A stretch of 64,000 bases of DNA from Macrostomum hystrix. Lineage: Eukaryota; Animalia; Platyhelminthes. The notes beneath the pieces were generated by a model. It worked only from the letters and a program-made list of their open reading frames with translations, was not told where the DNA came from and did not search any database. The translations under genes were made by a program, and so were the position numbers. Within the stretch, counting starts at the first letter, position 1. The number at the start of each line of letters is the position of its first letter. The stretch lies in assembly GCA_950097015.1 (NCBI GenBank), contig CATNEN010000024.1:4898001-4962000 (forward strand). The letters run 5' to 3'. Shown here piece after piece: positions 61,463 to 64,000 of the stretch.

Positions 61463-63168
61463 ATACTCTCAGGACTTAAAGGGCTTGTAGCCTAGTGGTT
61501 AGAGCCTTGTACTCATGACTTAAAGGTCGATGGTCGTTTAGCAAGATAGTTAAGTTAACTCTGCATTGCCTTCAGAGCTTCTGTTAAATTGGTACCAGCA
61601 TTATCTGGGTTGTAGTACACATTAGCTAGTGTAATCAAATATTATTAATTATTATTATTAATAATTGAAACACTCACACACACTCACACTCATATACATC
61701 TTGGTACTTTTAACTAAAATAAATGTCTTTGACTGATCTGAAATACTTCTTCAGTTTCATAAGCTAAATGAGCATTTCACATAAACACTATTTGTCATAT
61801 TACTAAGAGTAGTTTTAATTGCGCTTTGCATTGCTATTAACCGCAACTTGCCTTGCTTGCCTAATTGTGCTAATCGGTTTTTCAATAGACTTTAGTGTCC
61901 GGTAAACTGAAGTTTGTAAACAAGTAGACTGTAAACAACGATTATAATTGATAGTAGCTCGTAGCTCGTAATTACCTATTTTTTCCCACAGACTTGGCAC
62001 GACTATCACTTCATGTGGGATCCGAAGGATTTCGGTGGCATCACAAAGATCAACATCGATCCGAAACGTGTTTGGCGACCCGATATCCTACTGTATAACA
62101 GGTGCGATCACTTTTTTCGGAGTAGGAATTCTGAATTATTGGGAGTATGAGCGATCCCTTATAACATACCTCTAGATTGCACTGAGGAATTTCTGAGCAG
62201 TTTTTGGATGCGTTAATAGAATTCGGGATTTTAGTGAACCGGATCGCTAGATCATTGGGATTCGTAGGTAAGGGAATTGGATTTGTAGATAAGTGAATGG
62301 GATTTGTAGATAAGTGAATGGGATTCGTAGATAAGTGAATGGGATTTGTAGATAAGTGAACGGGATTTGTAGATAAGTGAATGGGATTTGTAGATAAGTG
62401 AATGGGATTCGTAGATAAGTGAATGGGATTCGTAGATTAGTGAATGGGATTCGTAGATAAGTGAACGGGATTTGTAGATAAATGAATGGGATTTGTAGAT
62501 AAGTGAAGGGGATTTGTAGATAAGTGAACGGGATTTGTAGATAAGTGAATGGGATTTGTAGATAAGTGAACGGGATTTGTAGATAAGTGAATGGGATTCG
62601 TAGATAAGTGATTGGGGTTTTAGATAAGTGAATGGGATTCGTAGATAAGTGAACGGGATTTGTAGATAAATGAATGGGATTTGTAGATAAGTTTATGGGA
62701 TTTGTAGATAAGTGAATGGGATTTGTAGACAAGCGAATTGGATTTGTAGATAAGTTAATGGGATTTGTAAATAAGTGAATATTATTGTTGAATAAATTAA
62801 GAATTCGAACCAATAAAATTTAGGAATTAAATTTTTTATGAACCAAAACAGCGCTGATGAGAAGTTCGATGGCACCTACCCCACAAATGTGGTGATCGAG
62901 TACACAGGCAACGTGAACTTCATCCCGCCTGGCATGTTCCGCTCAACCTGCAAGATCGACACAACCTGGTTTCCGTTCGACACCCAGGTTTGCAAGCTGA
63001 AGTTCGGCTCCTGGTCGTACGATGGTGGCACGCTGGACCTCAGGCTGAAATGCTCAGACCAGGCTTTAAATACGACTGAAATGCGACTCAGCGATCCTAA
63101 AAACTGCTCAGAGATTGGCGAGGCTGATTTGGAGACCTATGTGTCTAGCGGCGAGTGGTACCTGGAAA
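46884..63168 (+). CDS. CHRNA7: Alpha7-like nicotinic acetylcholine receptor subunit, 5' part: exon 1 46884-46938, exon 2 58679-58845, exon 3a 60232-60276 / 3b 61181-61225, exon 4 61992-62101, exon 5 62852-63168; continues beyond the window
   Basis: Signal peptide [18 protein letters not shown]; ERPVKNES...SLQQIIDL; DEK.QIL..N.WLD.; TWHDY...[18 protein letters not shown]; Cys-loop [15 protein letters not shown]; FGSWSYDG; GEWYL. Exon sizes 55/45/110 and phases equal those recalled for human CHRNA7. The loop C vicinal Cys and TM2 are outside the window, so alpha status and ion selectivity are not shown. Linking exon 1 across 11.7 kb is inferred. Confidence 0.88.
46945..47412. repeat. Two adjacent 21-nt minisatellites (TTACAGACAATTGTTATAGAT; TACAGATGTACAGATATCCAC)
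   Basis: They start ~7 nt after the nAChR exon 1 donor. Confidence 0.95.
48190..48836. repeat. 9-nt repeat GCGGAGGTA/GCGGAGATA/GCGGATGTA
   Basis: About 70 units; open in several frames; intronic. Confidence 0.96.
49490..50075. repeat. GA-rich compound repeat (GAGAGTGACAGC-like)
   Basis: Tandem degenerate units. Confidence 0.92.
50431..50540 (+). repeat. Unclassified ~110-bp dispersed element, copy 2
   Basis: Matches 28668-28779 with few differences. Confidence 0.85.
50655..52215. repeat. 30-nt minisatellite TCCG(C/T)CAT(CCG/GAA)CCAGTTTTGGGGTGTCTCA with higher-order structure
   Basis: About 52 units in four main variants. Confidence 0.98.
53015..53320. repeat. 21-nt minisatellite TCTCTCCGTCTCACCTCTTTG
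   Basis: About 14 units. Confidence 0.95.
53950..54512. repeat. 23-mer GGGAGTGGAGAGACTGGGATTAA (~5 units) followed by 12-mer GGGAGACAG(A/G)CA
   Basis: Direct reading; the 23-mer is the reverse complement of the 55163-56927 unit. Confidence 0.94.
55163..56927. repeat. 23-nt minisatellite TTAATCCCAGTCTCTCCACTCCC
   Basis: About 76 units with an internal 368-bp (16-unit) duplication. Confidence 0.98.
58925..59536. repeat. (ACAG)n microsatellite in nAChR intron 2
   Basis: Direct reading. Confidence 0.97.
59905..60212. repeat. 23-nt minisatellite ACACTCCAGT(G/A)TCATCTAGATAC
   Basis: About 13 units ending ~20 nt before the exon 3a acceptor. Confidence 0.96.
60232..60276 (+). CDS. nAChR exon 3a ([15 protein letters not shown])
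   Basis: cctgcag| 45 nt |gtgaga, phase 0/0. Confidence 0.85.
60535..60992. repeat. Degenerate ~22-nt minisatellite ATTGATAAACACACTGATAGGC
   Basis: Lies between exons 3a and 3b. Confidence 0.92.
61181..61225 (+). CDS. nAChR exon 3b ([15 protein letters not shown])
   Basis: ccaacgcag| 45 nt |gtaagc, phase 0/0. Confidence 0.88.
61425..61461. repeat. (CA)n microsatellite
   Basis: Direct reading. Confidence 0.95.
61481..61612 (+). mobile_element. tRNA-derived SINE, copy 3 (internally deleted, lacks B box and 3' half)
   Basis: gggcttgtagcctagtggttagagc...actcatgacttaaaggtcg...ttaactctgcattgcc...ctgttaaattggtaccagc matches copies 1 and 2. Confidence 0.8.
62268..62780. repeat. 21-nt minisatellite GGGATTTGTAGATAAGTGAAT
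   Basis: About 24 units in nAChR intron 4. Confidence 0.96.
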
Positions 63169-63279
63169 GTGAGTTGTCGAGAAAAAAAATACGAAGTTGT
63201 GTACTCAAAGTAGCCGGATTTGAGTAAAACTATAATATGTTTCAGAAATATGGAACTTCAATGTAAAAGCCCCAATACC

Positions 63280-63678
63280 AGGATTCTGATCCCAGGATTC
63301 TGATCCCAGGATTCTGATCCCAGGATTCTGATCCCAGGATTCTGATCCCAGGATTCTGATCCCAGGATTCTGATCCCAGGATTCTGATCCCAGGATTCTG
63401 ATCCCAGGATTCTGATCCCAGGATTCTGATCCCAGGATTCTGATCCCAGGATTCTGATCCCAGGATTCTGATCCCAGGATTCTGATCCCAGGATTCTGAT
63501 CCCAGGATTCTGATCCCAGGATTCTGATCCCAGGATTCTGATCCCAGGATTCTGATCCCAGGATTCTGATCCCAGGATTCTGATCCCAGGATTCTGATCC
63601 CAGGATTCTGATCCCAGGATTCTGATCCCAGGATTCTGATCCCAGGATTCTGATCCCAGGATTCTGATCCCAGGATTC
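63280..63678. repeat. Perfect 14-nt repeat CAGGATTCTGATCC
   Basis: About 28 identical units. Confidence 0.98.
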
Positions 63679-64000
63679 CACTTTTTTAATACTCGTTATG
63701 ACCACAAGACGCAAGATATTTCCTCAACTCGATATTTTTAGCTTAGCATTACGGTTTATTCCATTAACAATACTCAACTAACAAGAACCTCACTAAAATA
63801 CTTTGATTCTACAAATATGAGTTTTAACTAGACGGCCTAGATATTATTTTTGTGCTGTCTAACCCAGCGTACTCGTTTGGTTGCTCTTTAACACACAAGA
63901 TGTAGCTTGTCCAATACCTAAGCTTTCTAACAACTGCAGTTTAACTCCTTGGCGCTGTATTGCTGTTTTATAGATACAGAATTCGAAATGTTTTTGAATT

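Overview
Eukaryotic (animal) genomic DNA with AT-rich spacers, GC-rich spliced exons containing Ala/Gly/Gln runs, and about 40 tandem-repeat arrays covering roughly 40% of the window by hand estimate. This style suggests a free-living flatworm such as Macrostomum (inference, not verified). Six genes were reconstructed by hand from GT-AG sites with consistent phases: a TMEM74-like two-TM protein (-), an intronless type II GT-A glycosyltransferase of a family I mainly associate with microbes and giant viruses (+), an alpha-adrenergic-like octopamine receptor (+), an unrecognised signal peptide/TM/PDZ-like/acidic-tail protein (+), a single-PDZ NHERF/EBP50-like scaffold (-), and the 5' half of an alpha7-like nicotinic acetylcholine receptor subunit (+). 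Probable 3' exons of a seventh gene lie at the left edge. The window also holds three copies of a tRNA-derived SINE and two copies of an unclassified ~110-bp element. The top finding is two intact, diverged 45-nt copies of nAChR exon 3 (loop D), which look like mutually exclusive exons parallel to insect alpha6 exons 3a/3b. The same gene carries a Cys-bracketed 23-aa loop F insertion. Most long ORFs in the supplied track are artefacts of tandem repeats.
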